The translations under genes and the position numbers were made by a program. From NCBI GenBank assembly GCA_963555825.3, contig CAUVXB020000002.1, positions 704,001 to 768,000 of the forward strand: 64,000 nucleotides of DNA, read 5' to 3'. The DNA comes from Alphaproteobacteria bacterium. GTDB taxonomy: Bacteria > Pseudomonadota > Alphaproteobacteria > JAAXGF01. The notes beneath the pieces are model-generated. The model ran no database searches, was not told the origin of the DNA, and saw only the letters and a program-made list of their open reading frames with translations. Of this stretch, positions 20,313 through 30,783 are shown piece after piece. Position 1 is the first letter of the stretch. Each line of letters opens with the position of its first letter.

Positions 20313-21771
20313 GGCAGGCTCCGCACCACACCGGCAACGACGCCCCAGACGTGGGCCTCCTCGCCATCAAGGGCGGTGAACGGACGGGCGGTCAACTCGC
20401 CCTCGATTACCGCGATGACGATGGAGCCAGCGCCCGGCGTGCGCGAACGGTCGACGATCAGGGTATCGCCGGTAAGGATCCCGTGTTCGGCCATGCCGCC
20501 GCCCTCGACCGTGACAAAGAATGTCGCCGCAGGACGCTTTATGAAATGATCGTCGAGGCTAATACCAGTGAGCCTATGAAATCACCTTCATGATCCATGG
20601 ATAGGCGCAGAGGGTTCGCATACGATCCGGTTCTGCGATGAGGTCGATCCATGCTTGGCAACAGGCGTCGATGATGGCCTCGGTGTCGTCGAGGACGCGG
20701 AGCGATAGGAAGCGTTCGCGTAGGTAGAGCCAAACCCGCTCGACGGGGTTGAGTTCGGGACTGTAAGGCGGCAACAGCGCCAAGGTGACGTTGTCGGGGA
20801 CGGTGAGGGCGCGCTCGTCGTGCCAACCGGCGCCGTCGCACATCATGACGGCGTGCGCATCCTGGTCCAGGGTATCGGCGAAGTGTGCGAGAAACAGGTC
20901 CATGACCTTGGCGTTGACGCTCGGCATCACCAGGGTGACGTCGTCGCCGGTGTCCGGGCGCACGGCGGAGAAGATGTAGGCCCACTGGTAGCCGATTTGA
21001 CGCGTCCCGGGGGCACGCTCGCCCCTGCGCCACCACCGGTGACACACCCGGCCCTTGTTGCCGACGCGCGCTTCATCCTGAAACCACAGCTGTAGGCGCT
21101 TGTCGGGATGCGCCGCGGCGGTCGCCTTCAGGATGTCGCGAAGCCCCCTTTTTTGAAGCGCTCCTGCGCTTCGGCGTCCCTTCGCGGGTGGCTCGGGCGC
21201 GCCTTCTGGCGGGAAAATCCCATCCGCCGTAGAACCCGGGTCATGCTCGAGGGGTGGTAGGTCTTGGCGAAGCGCTCCTCCAGCCAGCGGCACAGATCGG
21301 CCCGGGTCCAGGCGCAAACCCCGTCGCGCTCAGGCTCCGGCCCGGCGATGATGACCGCCGCCAGCGCCGCTTCCTCGTCTGCCGTCAGCCGCCGCGGCGA
21401 GTAGCCCTTTGGACGGTCGTGAAGCCCCTCCAATCCCTTTGCATTGTAACGAACAACCGCGTCGCGAAGCGTTTGGCGATCCATCCCCGCAAGCCGCGCG
21501 GCATCAGCCCGGGGCATCTCCTCCAAAGCATTCGCGATCCCATAGGCCCGCGCCGCCGCTCGACCGTACGATTCCACGCGAGCCCAGCGCCGAAGCTCCA
21601 AAGGCGTCAAATCATCCCGTATCTTGAGTGCTGATCCCATGACATCCCCCACATCTGGTGGGAGACCATAGAATCACAATCCGCCATCATCCGCCATCAA
21701 TGAATATCCCGAGAGTCAATTCAGGCGCTCACTGGTATAAGACTCGTCGTGGGGGTGACTACGGTGAACAT
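20309..21771 (-). pseudogene. umuD: UmuD-like S24 protein, degenerate and interrupted by IS630
   Basis: SLDDHFIKRPAATFFVTVEGGGM..GDTLIVDRS; catalytic Ser and Lys are replaced (GGGM, TARP); 4-bp overlap with umuC. Confidence 0.75.
20563..21737 (-). mobile_element. IS630-family element, copy 2 (inverted)
   Basis: Same IRs and ORFs (21128-21652, 20574-21317) as copy 1. Confidence 0.95.
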
Positions 21772-22694
21772 CAGGCAATGCCTGTAAATTTCCCTTGTCG
21801 GCGCCGGCGGCGATTAACTTGGTTTGGCGGTAGAATACATCCAGCACATCGGTTCAAGTAGAACGACGTGAAAAGGGAAACGGCAAACTGGCGTGTAACA
21901 GTGGCAATCAGTTGTACCAGCCGGGCCAGGCGGCAGTATAAGAGGCTTGAAATCGAATTGCCCAAAGGCAACTCAGTGGGCCGGACTCGACATAGCGTCA
22001 GAAACGACGCTCGATGGCATCGAACCATGTCTGGAACCGACACGGCAGCGACGTCAATTCTGCGGAGAAGTCGACGCGACGCTGATAGAGAAGGGACATC
22101 ATCTTTGCGCTGGGCTTGACAATCGCGACCTCTTCGAATCCGCCAGACTCAAGCCCTGACCGAATGCATTCCGCGACCGCGTTCTGGCCATTATCGTCGT
22201 TGGTGTCATAGGTCGATAGCTGTATTAGTCGGAATTAACCGGCGAGGTGAATTTCCCACCAAGGAAGCAAACAGATGATTTCGACGAGTCCCCGTCGAGA
22301 CCCGCCCGCCCAACCAGTTCGAAGCAGAACCGCAGGGGCCCGAATGTCGCGGTAAAGCGAGGCGCGCCCCCGCTTTCTGTGAAATTACCGCGACTCCCCT
22401 AACTGTTTGTATTTGTTTCGCTTTCGGCTGTCAAGATGCGCTCGCGGCGGACGCACGAATCCATGCGTTCCCTTGAGTCCAGGGCGATCCGCGGCCCGCC
22501 CCGGTCACGCCGGCCGCACGCGAAAAGTCGGCCAATGCGTTGCGTTGACGGGCTGTCCTGCCGGGGATTTTTCCGGGCCCACGCGGCTCATAAGGCGCCA
22601 CGGTCCCCCAAACCGGAACGGTCCACGCGCGCGGTTCCCAATCAGGAGACGCGCGTCTCCGGCGCGATGGCCGGAACGGAAAAAACCGAGCCCG

Positions 22695-23465
22695 TTACTC
22701 GGCCAGCACCGGAACCGCCGCCAGCGCCTCCGGCGGGGCCGGCGTTCCGCGCAGACCCTTCTTGACGTAGCGGGTGCTGTATCCGTTGAACAGGTGGCCG
22801 AGCAACCCGCGGTCGAGGTCCGACGTGCCGAACAGCCAGTCGGCGATGGGGAAGGTCAGGTTCATGTTCGTTTCCATCATGATTCGCGTGTTGTGATGGG
22901 CAAAATGATGGCGCCGCAGCGTATTGACGAACGGACAGTTCCTGACGAACCCGTTCTCTTCCACATGGCAGCAGAAGTGCATGAACTCGTAGACCAGGTA
23001 CATACCCGTGGTCGTGCAGATCACCAGCCAGCCGACATTCGATGTGACCACCAAGCCGATGACCAGCGCCGGTGGTAGGGACAACATGATGAAGGTTACC
23101 AGGGCGAAGGGCGGGAACACGGTGACCCGCCAGTCCTTGTGATCGCGGAACCGCATCTCCGTGTCGGTGAAGAATTGGTGGTGGTTCAGGGTGTGCCGGC
23201 TGTATATGGCGCGCAGCCCACGCACGTTGATCGGGCGATGCATGACGAAGCGATGCAGGGCCCACTCGAATATATTGCACACCAGGAATACGACCGGGAT
23301 TGTCCCCCACTCCCACCACAGCACGGCATCTATGTGCGGGACGTAGTAGTAAAACGCCGCCGCCCCCATGGCATAGATGATCAGGACGTGAAAATACCCG
23401 TTGTACCAGCCGACAATCCGCGCGCGGTATTCCTTGCGGAAACCTGCCTGTCGCGCACCCAACAT
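22695..23465 (-). CDS. Fatty-acid hydroxylase/sterol desaturase family membrane di-iron enzyme
   Basis: His boxes HRFVMH, HTLNHH, HFCCH and HHFAHH; hydrophobic segments. Confidence 0.88.
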   Translation of the reverse strand: MLGARQAGFRKEYRARIVGWYNGYFHVLIIYAMGAAAFYYYVPHIDAVLWWEWGTIPVVFLVCNIFEWALHRFVMHRPINVRGLRAIYSRHTLNHHQFFTDTEMRFRDHKDWRVTVFPPFALVTFIMLSLPPALVIGLVVTSNVGWLVICTTTGMYLVYEFMHFCCHVEENGFVRNCPFVNTLRRHHFAHHNTRIMMETNMNLTFPIADWLFGTSDLDRGLLGHLFNGYSTRYVKKGLRGTPAPPEALAAVPVLAE

Positions 23466-23503
23466 CGTTCAGTCCTCCTGTACTTCGGCGGCGCCTGCGG
23501 CGG

Positions 23504-24403
23504 TCATGGCGACGCTTCCCACGTCTCCTCCTGCTGCAAGGCGAAGATCGAGGTATAGCCGCCGGACCAGTCCGGGGGAACCAGGCACGGCCGCGGGTCG
23601 TGGTCGGCCCAGCGCACCGACTCGCCGCGCACGATCTCCTGGTCGTATTTGGAACGGAGCGGGTTCGCCGTGTATGGAAAGGCGTCCGCCGCGGCGTAGA
23701 CGTTCAGCAACAGGGGCCGGGCCTCGTCCGAGTTGTTGGGCCGCGAGCCGTGGATGGTCCGGCAGTTGTGAACCGTGACCGAGCCCGGCGGGCCATGGAG
23801 ATACACCATCTTCGCCACGTCGAACCCGGCGGCGTCTTCGTCCGACAGACACCCGATCCACTCGCCTTTGTCGTTGTACTGGTCGTAGAGGGGCCCGTTA
23901 TGGCTCCCCTTGATGACGCCCAACGGGCCCTGCTCCATGGTGCAGTCGTACAGATAGGTGCCAAGGGTGCACGGGCTGTAATTGGTGTGCGGCCAGAATC
24001 CGATGTCCTGATGCCACTTCACTTCCTCGCCGGCACGGGCCCATTTGAAATTCAGCTTCGAGTGATGGAACTTGACGTTGGGACCGACCAGGTCGGCGAC
24101 GATGTCGGGGAGAACGGAGCGCGACGCGAACTCCCAATACGTGGGATGGTGGTCGTTCGGGCTGGAGAGTCGCCTGAGCCGCGGCGTCTCGGCACTGTGC
24201 CCGCTCTCGAGGTCCCACACCGCGTCCGATTGCGTTACCTGCCTACTGTCTTCGACCATCTGGTTGGTGACCGCGCGGAGCCGCTCCAGCCATTCGTCGG
24301 AGACGACCTTTTCGAGTAGCAGATAGCCGTCCGCGAAATAGGATTCCCGCTGCTTTTCCGTAAGAACCTTGGGTCGGATAGACAGGACTTGGTCAGGGGT
24401 CAT
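23504..24403 (-). CDS. Phytanoyl-CoA dioxygenase (PhyH) family Fe(II)/2OG oxygenase
   Basis: YFADGYL, SKLNFK, WHQD (HxD), distal HGS and GSH motifs; AGGAGG RBS. Confidence 0.9.
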   Translation of the reverse strand: MTPDQVLSIRPKVLTEKQRESYFADGYLLLEKVVSDEWLERLRAVTNQMVEDSRQVTQSDAVWDLESGHSAETPRLRRLSSPNDHHPTYWEFASRSVLPDIVADLVGPNVKFHHSKLNFKWARAGEEVKWHQDIGFWPHTNYSPCTLGTYLYDCTMEQGPLGVIKGSHNGPLYDQYNDKGEWIGCLSDEDAAGFDVAKMVYLHGPPGSVTVHNCRTIHGSRPNNSDEARPLLLNVYAAADAFPYTANPLRSKYDQEIVRGESVRWADHDPRPCLVPPDWSGGYTSIFALQQEETWEASP

Positions 24404-24483
24404 GGCAATTTCCTCCTGCCGGACGATTACCGCGGCACGGTCTTCCCGGCCCCGCGAACGGGCCCCTGATGGTACATCCCGTT

Positions 24484-24495
24484 CTGATATATTAC
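24484..24495. promoter_or_regulatory. Putative GntR operator, box 1
   Basis: CTGATATATTAC upstream of the PhyH gene; matches boxes at 27965 and 37447. Confidence 0.55.
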
Positions 24496-24541
24496 CAATA
24501 CATCAGAACGGGTCCCGCCGTCAATATCCGCCATGCCGATG

Positions 24542-25864
24542 CTACTTGAACCCGAGGACCTGGGCCGGCAACCACAAAACCAACGGCGGATACGCGGCAA
24601 CGCTGGCCAGGGTGATGAGCTGCAGCACGACGAACGGGATAACCCCCCTGAACATCTGCGTAAGGGTGATCTCCGGCGGGCTGATGCCTCTCAGGTAAAA
24701 GATCGCCGGCGCCATCGGCGGCGTGAGGTAGCTGGTCTGGATGACGATCAGGAACAGGACGCAGAACCAAACGGGGTCGAATCCGAACCCGGTGACCAAC
24801 GGGATGAACACCGGGATGAAGATCAACAGCACGGAGATCCAATCCAGGAAGAACCCGGCGATGAAGGCGACCGCCAGAAACAGCAGTACCATCACCCAGG
24901 AGCTGAGCTGTGTGGACTGGACCAATTCGTTGGCCAGGGCGACGCCTCCGGCGGCCACGAAGACACCCGCGAACATGCTGCCGCCAAGCAGGATCACCAT
25001 GATCATGCAGGTAACCTTCAGTGTCCTGATCAGCGCCTCACGCAATACGCCAAGCGTGAAGGACCGGTATACGAGGGTCAGCAGGATCGAGCCCAACGCG
25101 CCAATCCCCGCCGCTTCGGTCGGAGCCGCCCAGCCAAGCACGATCGAGCCGAGCACGGCGAATATCATCGCTACGGGCGGCACCAGCGCGACCACGGTGA
25201 TCCGCAACTTTTGCACGAACGGCGGCTCGTCGGCCTGGCGCGGCAGGCGCGGCCCGGCCTTGGGGTCGATGGTGCATCGGACAAGGATGTATACAAGGTA
25301 CAGCCCGGCCATGAGCAGGCCGGGAAAGAACATGCCGACGAACAGATCGCCCACCGAGACATCCGCCACCGGTCCCATGACGACGACGACGACGGACGGC
25401 GGGATGATTGTCCCCAGCGAACCGCCGGCGCAGATGGTCCCCGAGATCAGGCCCTTGTCATAGCCGTATTTCATCATCACCGGGATGGCGAGGAGGCCGA
25501 CAACGGTCTCCGTGGCGCCGATAACGCCGGTCGACGCGGCGAAGATGACGCACATGATGATCGTGCCCAGGGCGAGGCCCCCCGGCAGGCGCCGGGTCCA
25601 CAGATGAACGGCCTCGAAAAGCTGCTCGGCGATCCCCGAGCGTTCCAGCATGGCCCCCATGAAAACGAACAACGGCACCGCCGCCAGGATAAAATTCGAG
25701 GCGACGTCGTTGACCTTCTGGACCATCTGGAAGATGACGGCGTCGCCGAAGACCATGAGCCCGAAAAAGAACGCCACGCCCATCATCGAGAAGGCGACCG
25801 GGAAGCCCAGAAACAGGGCCGTCAACAGGGCCGGGAACATGAGCAGTGACAGGTAGTCGCTCAT
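24542..25864 (-). CDS. dctM: TRAP transporter large permease
   Basis: AVPLFVFMG, GGSLGTIIPPS and LTPPM motifs; many TM helices; overlaps dctQ. Confidence 0.93.
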   Translation of the reverse strand: MSDYLSLLMFPALLTALFLGFPVAFSMMGVAFFFGLMVFGDAVIFQMVQKVNDVASNFILAAVPLFVFMGAMLERSGIAEQLFEAVHLWTRRLPGGLALGTIIMCVIFAASTGVIGATETVVGLLAIPVMMKYGYDKGLISGTICAGGSLGTIIPPSVVVVVMGPVADVSVGDLFVGMFFPGLLMAGLYLVYILVRCTIDPKAGPRLPRQADEPPFVQKLRITVVALVPPVAMIFAVLGSIVLGWAAPTEAAGIGALGSILLTLVYRSFTLGVLREALIRTLKVTCMIMVILLGGSMFAGVFVAAGGVALANELVQSTQLSSWVMVLLFLAVAFIAGFFLDWISVLLIFIPVFIPLVTGFGFDPVWFCVLFLIVIQTSYLTPPMAPAIFYLRGISPPEITLTQMFRGVIPFVVLQLITLASVAAYPPLVLWLPAQVLGFK

Positions 25865-26379
25865 CGCTCCGCCCCGTGCTCGCCGCCGCCGCGCAGCACA
25901 CGGATCGCCTTGATCAGTTCGGCCGTTCCCTGCAACGCCAGCAGCGCGAACCCGGCGAAGAAGATCATGCGGAACGGCCAGATGATCGGGTTCCACGCCG
26001 ACTCGCCCGAGGTCTCGCCGGAAAGCAGGGCGTCATAGGCGTAGATCCACAGCGCCCAGCTCAACCACCACGCCATCGGCAGGAACAGGAACAGGTATCC
26101 GATCGTGTCGACCAGCGCCCGGGTCCTGGGGGTGAATCGTTCGTAGGCGATGTCGATCCGGATATGACCGCGCTCACGCAGCGTGAACGCGGCGCCGAGG
26201 AGAAAATTCGTGCCCATGGCCATATAGGCCAGCTCGTAGGCCCAGATCGTCGGCGCATTGAAAAGATAGCGGGAAAAGACCTCGTACACGGTCGCCAGAA
26301 CCAGGGGCAGGATAACGGCCGCCCCGAGCACGCCGAAGCCGCCCGAAATACGCTCTATGAAACGGACGACGACCAGCAT
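25861..26379 (-). CDS. dctQ: TRAP transporter small permease
   Basis: YEVFSRYLFNAPTIWAYE and GHIRID motifs; four TM segments. Confidence 0.92.
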   Translation of the reverse strand: MLVVVRFIERISGGFGVLGAAVILPLVLATVYEVFSRYLFNAPTIWAYELAYMAMGTNFLLGAAFTLRERGHIRIDIAYERFTPRTRALVDTIGYLFLFLPMAWWLSWALWIYAYDALLSGETSGESAWNPIIWPFRMIFFAGFALLALQGTAELIKAIRVLRGGGEHGAER

Positions 26380-26416
26380 TGTCTCTTGCGGGCTGTGGTT
26401 GTCAGCGACAGGCGGA

Positions 26417-26440
26417 GTGAGGGCGCCGAAGCGCCCTCAC
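26417..26440. other. Intergenic stem-loop between dctP and dctQ
   Basis: Perfect 10-bp stem GTGAGGGCGC/GCGCCCTCAC with a 4-nt loop. Confidence 0.6.
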
Positions 26441-26452
26441 CCGTATGGTAGC

Positions 26453-27508
26453 CTAGCCCTTCGTATTGCGATAGCGGGCCGCGTCTTTCCAGAGTTCCTC
26501 GAACGCCTGCTGGGATTTCCAGGCCTTGGCAAACCAGGGATTTCCCTTGGCCTGCTGCGCGGCCCATTCCCTGGCCAGCTTCTTCGTCTTCACCTGGACC
26601 GACTCATCGAGCTCGATGATCTCGTTGCCGGCGTTGCGATAGTAATCCAGGGCCTTGGCGTCCTCGTGGCCGATCCGGGTCCAGGTCTCGAAGGTGACCA
26701 TCTTCGCGGCCTCTTCAACCAGGGCCTTGTCGCGATCGGAAATCTTGTTCCAGGCTTTCTTGTTGAACAGGATCTCGAACGGCGCCACGGGCTGATGAAC
26801 CCCCGGGATGATCACGTATTTGGCGATCTTGTTGAATCCCGGTGAGATATTTTCCCACAGCGTGCCCCACTCGGTCGCATCGAGCACCCCGCGCTCGAGC
26901 GACGTGTAGACCTCAGCCCCCGGCATGGTGACAGGTGCCGCGCCCAGGCTCTTGGATATCTCGAGCCAGGCGCCCGCGGTGCGGATCTTCAGGCCCTTGA
27001 GGTCGGCCAGCGTGCGAACGGCCTTGCGCGAGTGCAGGAAGGCTTCGGCGGTGCGGATGAAACACGGCATCGATATGACACCGAACTTCTCTTCGCGGAA
27101 TTTCCGCCACATCGCCAGCCCCCCGGCCTCGTAGAGCCAGTGAAGCATGCGCTCCGAATCCATGCTGCCGGCGAATCCGCCGAACACCACGGTGGTCTTG
27201 TCGCGACCCCAGTCGTAGCCCATCCAGGTGTGGCCGACTTCGGCGACGCCGTTGCGCACGGTCTCCGAAACCTTGAGCGCCGAGCCGAGCTGCCCCCCGG
27301 GAAAGACCTGGATCTCGATCCGCCCGTTGGTCAGGAACTTGACCTTTTCGGCGAACGCCTTGGCCCCGATTTCCATCAGCGGTCCGCCGCCCCAGCTGGT
27401 CGCCATTTTCCATTTCGTCTCGGCGGCAAGGCCGTCGTTCGACAGCCCCAGGCTGATGCCAATCCCCGTGGCCGCCGCAAGCAGCGTCAATTTTCGAAAA
27501 AGCGTCAT
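26453..27508 (-). CDS. dctP: TRAP substrate-binding protein (DctP, TakP-like)
   Basis: Signal peptide; WKMATSW, DLKGLKIR and EVYTSLERGVLDATEW motifs. Confidence 0.92.
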   Translation of the reverse strand: MTLFRKLTLLAAATGIGISLGLSNDGLAAETKWKMATSWGGGPLMEIGAKAFAEKVKFLTNGRIEIQVFPGGQLGSALKVSETVRNGVAEVGHTWMGYDWGRDKTTVVFGGFAGSMDSERMLHWLYEAGGLAMWRKFREEKFGVISMPCFIRTAEAFLHSRKAVRTLADLKGLKIRTAGAWLEISKSLGAAPVTMPGAEVYTSLERGVLDATEWGTLWENISPGFNKIAKYVIIPGVHQPVAPFEILFNKKAWNKISDRDKALVEEAAKMVTFETWTRIGHEDAKALDYYRNAGNEIIELDESVQVKTKKLAREWAAQQAKGNPWFAKAWKSQQAFEELWKDAARYRNTKG

Positions 27509-27626
27509 GAATCCCTCCCTGATTTAACCGGTAATTTATTCGCGCCCTGCATCCTCGATCCCGATGACAGAGCCAACTCTCCGCGGACCGCGGAAGGCAG
27601 GGCGTTTCGGCGGCGATTGTCCGGCT

Positions 27627-27935
27627 TTACCTCGCTTCGTCGGCTGTGATTCCGGCCAGCGCCCCGTCGATGTCCTTGCTTGTTATCTCCCAGTCGTTGT
27701 CGAGATTCGCCACCACCTCGCGCATGAAGCGGTCACAGAGCTGGAGCGCCTTCTGGTCATCGCCGAAGTGATCGGCAAGCAAGGCCAAGGCAAGTTGTGA
27801 CGGCTCGGCCCCTTCGTAGGTCCACTCAAAACCCCCGTCGGTGAATTTCCTGAGGTCATAACGCTCGCCGAGGGGCCTGCCATCGACCAGTACCCGGTTA
27901 CCATCTATCGTGCGGGATCCGGTGTACGTCTTCAT
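27627..27935 (-). CDS. Conserved hypothetical protein (DUF6166-like)
   Basis: GFEWTYEGAEPSQLALALLAD motif; GGGAG RBS. Confidence 0.7.
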   Translation of the reverse strand: MKTYTGSRTIDGNRVLVDGRPLGERYDLRKFTDGGFEWTYEGAEPSQLALALLADHFGDDQKALQLCDRFMREVVANLDNDWEITSKDIDGALAGITADEAR

Positions 27936-27964
27936 CGCTCCCGCATTCCCGTGTTTGGCGCTAG

Positions 27965-27976
27965 CTGATATATCTG
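27965..27976. promoter_or_regulatory. Putative GntR operator, box 2
   Basis: Near-palindrome CTGATATATCTG in the divergent promoter region. Confidence 0.6.
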
Positions 27977-28101
27977 TAGTATGCTAATGGTGCGCCGTGC
28001 GAAAGTAAAGTGGAGAGCGACCTTACATCCCCGCGTGGCGCCGCGTCCCGGGGCTGGGCGCCGCGCCGGAACTTTTCGAAGGGGAAGCACGCTGCCGAGG
28101 C

Positions 28102-28668
28102 ATGTCCGACGCGATCGAGACCATCAAGACCGAACACCGCAACATCGACCGGGTCCTCGCGGCGCTCGAGGACTCGGTGGCCGGCCTGGCGGCGGCTGGG
28201 ACGAAACCGGACCTCGACCTCCTGTACTCGACCCTCTATTACATCCGCGTATTCCCCGACAAGCTGCACCACCCCAAGGAAGAGGAGTACCTCTTCAAGG
28301 CCCTCAGGCGGCGCCAGCCGGACTCCGCGGCACTCCTCGATGAACTCGAGAAACAGCACGCCGAGGGCGGCCGGCTGATCGCCGAGCTCGAGCGGGCCCT
28401 GACGGCGTACGACCGCACCTACCCCGACGGTCTCGCCGTGCTTCAGGAAGCGACGCGAACCTACGTCGACGCCCAGCGCGAACACATCGGCAAGGAGGAA
28501 CGCGAGGTCCTGCCCCTGGCCCGCCAGTCCCTGAACGAAGAGGACTGGGGCGACATAAGCCGGGCCTTCGCCACGAACAGCGACCCGATGTTCGGCGACA
28601 ACCTGGAGACCGGTTTCCGGGCGCTTTTCGAGCGCATTACACGCGGGCCAGGACCTTCCGGGCCGTAA
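28102..28668 (+). CDS. Hemerythrin HHE-domain protein
   Basis: EHRNI, HHPKEEEYLF, QHAEG and HIGKEEREVLP motifs. Confidence 0.9.
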   Translation: MSDAIETIKTEHRNIDRVLAALEDSVAGLAAAGTKPDLDLLYSTLYYIRVFPDKLHHPKEEEYLFKALRRRQPDSAALLDELEKQHAEGGRLIAELERALTAYDRTYPDGLAVLQEATRTYVDAQREHIGKEEREVLPLARQSLNEEDWGDISRAFATNSDPMFGDNLETGFRALFERITRGPGPSGP

Positions 28669-30018
28669 CGCCGTGAACCGATTAGTCGTCCGTGAAGAAC
28701 CCTGATTTCAGGGGGGATTGGTCATCGTCGTGAACGAAGGCGGCATGGCGTTGAAGATTGCCGCCAGGATCCGGGCGAACAAAAGCCTGAACCACCTGAG
28801 AACCAGGCGATAGTTGTAGCCGGCGCCGGCGAGGATGGCGTTGATCTTGTCGCCGTCGCGGCCCTTGAGGAAGTTTCTTCCGAGCCGGCCGTCGGTCTTG
28901 AGGTGGCCGATCACGGCCTCGACGGCGGATCGGCGCCGGAGTTCCTTCTTGATGGTCGGCGTGATGCCCCGCTTCTGGCCCGATTTGTAGACCTTGAACT
29001 TGTTCGGGTAATCGTGGCCGGCATAGCCCTTGTCGACGTAGGCGCGTTCGATGCCGACCCCGGTCCAGCGCTCCATCTCCTTGATCACGGTGTTCAGCGT
29101 GTGGCCGTCGTAGGGATTGCCATGGAACGCCTTCATGTGGGTGACGAACTGGCCGCCTGGAGCACGGTTGTTGGTCGCCGCCACCGAGACCTTGCACCCG
29201 AACTCGTAGGGCTTGTGCGCCTTGCCCTTGCCGATGCACTCGACCTCCCGCGCGTGCAGCGAATACACCTTCGGCAGCGGATCGCGACGTTTCTGGGTGA
29301 GCACGCGCTCGCCCAGCCACAAGGGCCGTCGGAAGATATCCCGCAAATCCTGGTCATGGGCCGTCTTGCGGCGGATGTCGCGGATGGTGCGCCCGAGATA
29401 GGTCCTGAGCTTGCGCATCGCCTTGCCCGCCCGCTTGTGCTGCTTGGCGTGGCGGTAGCGCCCCTGCATGATCAAAGCCCGCTTGCCGACGCGCACATAG
29501 GACTGACGCAGGGGAACGCCGTGCGCCTTCGCCAGCCGCACCAGCCTCTGGCGGGCCTTGTGCATGAGCTTGGCGTCGGTGGGGAAGGTGATCGCCTTCT
29601 CCTGAACGGTGGTATCCACCGTCACCCTTCTGAGGTCCTTGGTGCGCAAGGCGCCGGTGCGGTGGGCCACGCCGAGGCTCTCCTGGAACACCTTCTCCAG
29701 GCCTTGCGGACCGATCCGGTCGCGCCACCGGGTCATCGACGAACGCTCGATGGAAAGCTCGAATTGGAAGTATTCCTCGCCGCAGAAGTACTGGAAATAC
29801 GGGTCATAGACCCAGCGTTCGCACACCTGTCAATGGCGGAGCAAAAAGGGACCACCTCGGCGGTGTAAGAAGGGACCGCTTGGCGGCTGCGGGCTTGTCC
29901 CCGTAGTCCACGGGAGGGCCCCGCGCGCGACGCGGCGTGCCCTCAACAGGCTGACGCGGCGGCGCGCGCGGGAGGGACCTGTGGGCCCACGGGGTCAAGC
30001 GTGGGCTGGGTGGTCGGT

Positions 30019-30783
30019 TCAGTTAGCAGTCGGGGTTTGACGCCTGCGGCTCTGGTTGAGCCTGTAGCTGTCACCGTTCATCTCGAGGATGTTGACGTGG
30101 TGGGTGAGGCGATCGAGGAGCGCGCCGGTGAGGCGCTCGGAGCCGAACACCTCGGTCCATTCGTCGAAGGGCAGATTGGTGGTGACCAGGGTCGAGCCCC
30201 GCTCGTAGCGTTGGCTGAACACCTCGAACAACAGCTCGGCGCCGGTCTTCGACAGCGGCACGAAGCCGAGTTCGTCGACGATCAGAAGCTTGTAGGTGGC
30301 GAGCTTCTTCTGGAACCTCAGCAGCTGCTTGTCATCGCGGGCCTCGATGAGTTCGTGGACCAGCGCGGCGGCGGTGATGAAGCCGACCGAGAGGCCCTTC
30401 TGGCAGGCCGCCAGGCCGAGACCGAGGGCGATGTGGGTCTTGCCGGTCCCACTGTTGCCGAGCGCGATGAGGTTCTCGCGGCGCTCGATGTACTCGCAGC
30501 GGGCCAGCTCCAGGACCAGCGCCTTGTTGAGCGAGGGGATGACCTTGAAGTCGAAGCTGTCGAGGCTCTTGACCACGGGGAAGCGCGCCGCCTTGATGCG
30601 CCGCTCGACCATGCGGCGCTCGCGGTCGATCAGCTCGAGCTCGGCGAGTCTCAACAGGTAGCGGACGTGATCGACGCCTTCCGAGGCGCACTGCCGGGCG
30701 ATCTTGTCGTACTCGCGCAGGAAGGTCGGCAGCTTCAGCGTCTTGAGGTGGTGGGCGAGCAGCACTTGCGGTGTGTCGGTCAT
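30019..30783 (-). CDS. istB: IS21 helper ATPase
   Basis: GNSGTGKT, IVDELG and LLDRLTHH motifs. Confidence 0.95.
   Translation of the reverse strand: MTDTPQVLLAHHLKTLKLPTFLREYDKIARQCASEGVDHVRYLLRLAELELIDRERRMVERRIKAARFPVVKSLDSFDFKVIPSLNKALVLELARCEYIERRENLIALGNSGTGKTHIALGLGLAACQKGLSVGFITAAALVHELIEARDDKQLLRFQKKLATYKLLIVDELGFVPLSKTGAELLFEVFSQRYERGSTLVTTNLPFDEWTEVFGSERLTGALLDRLTHHVNILEMNGDSYRLNQSRRRQTPTAN

Noticed and set aside
702-21737. Composite transposon formed by inverted IS630 copies 1 and 2
   Set aside because: Each copy interrupts its own locally continuous target (IS256 end, umuD), so they are independent insertions.
21790-22690. Short ORFs and a possible minus-strand gene tail (~21996-22235)
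   Set aside because: No start, RBS or recognisable motif; left uncalled.
22695-23465. Sterol biosynthesis
   Set aside because: His-box family membership alone does not imply a sterol substrate; no squalene or cyclase genes are present.
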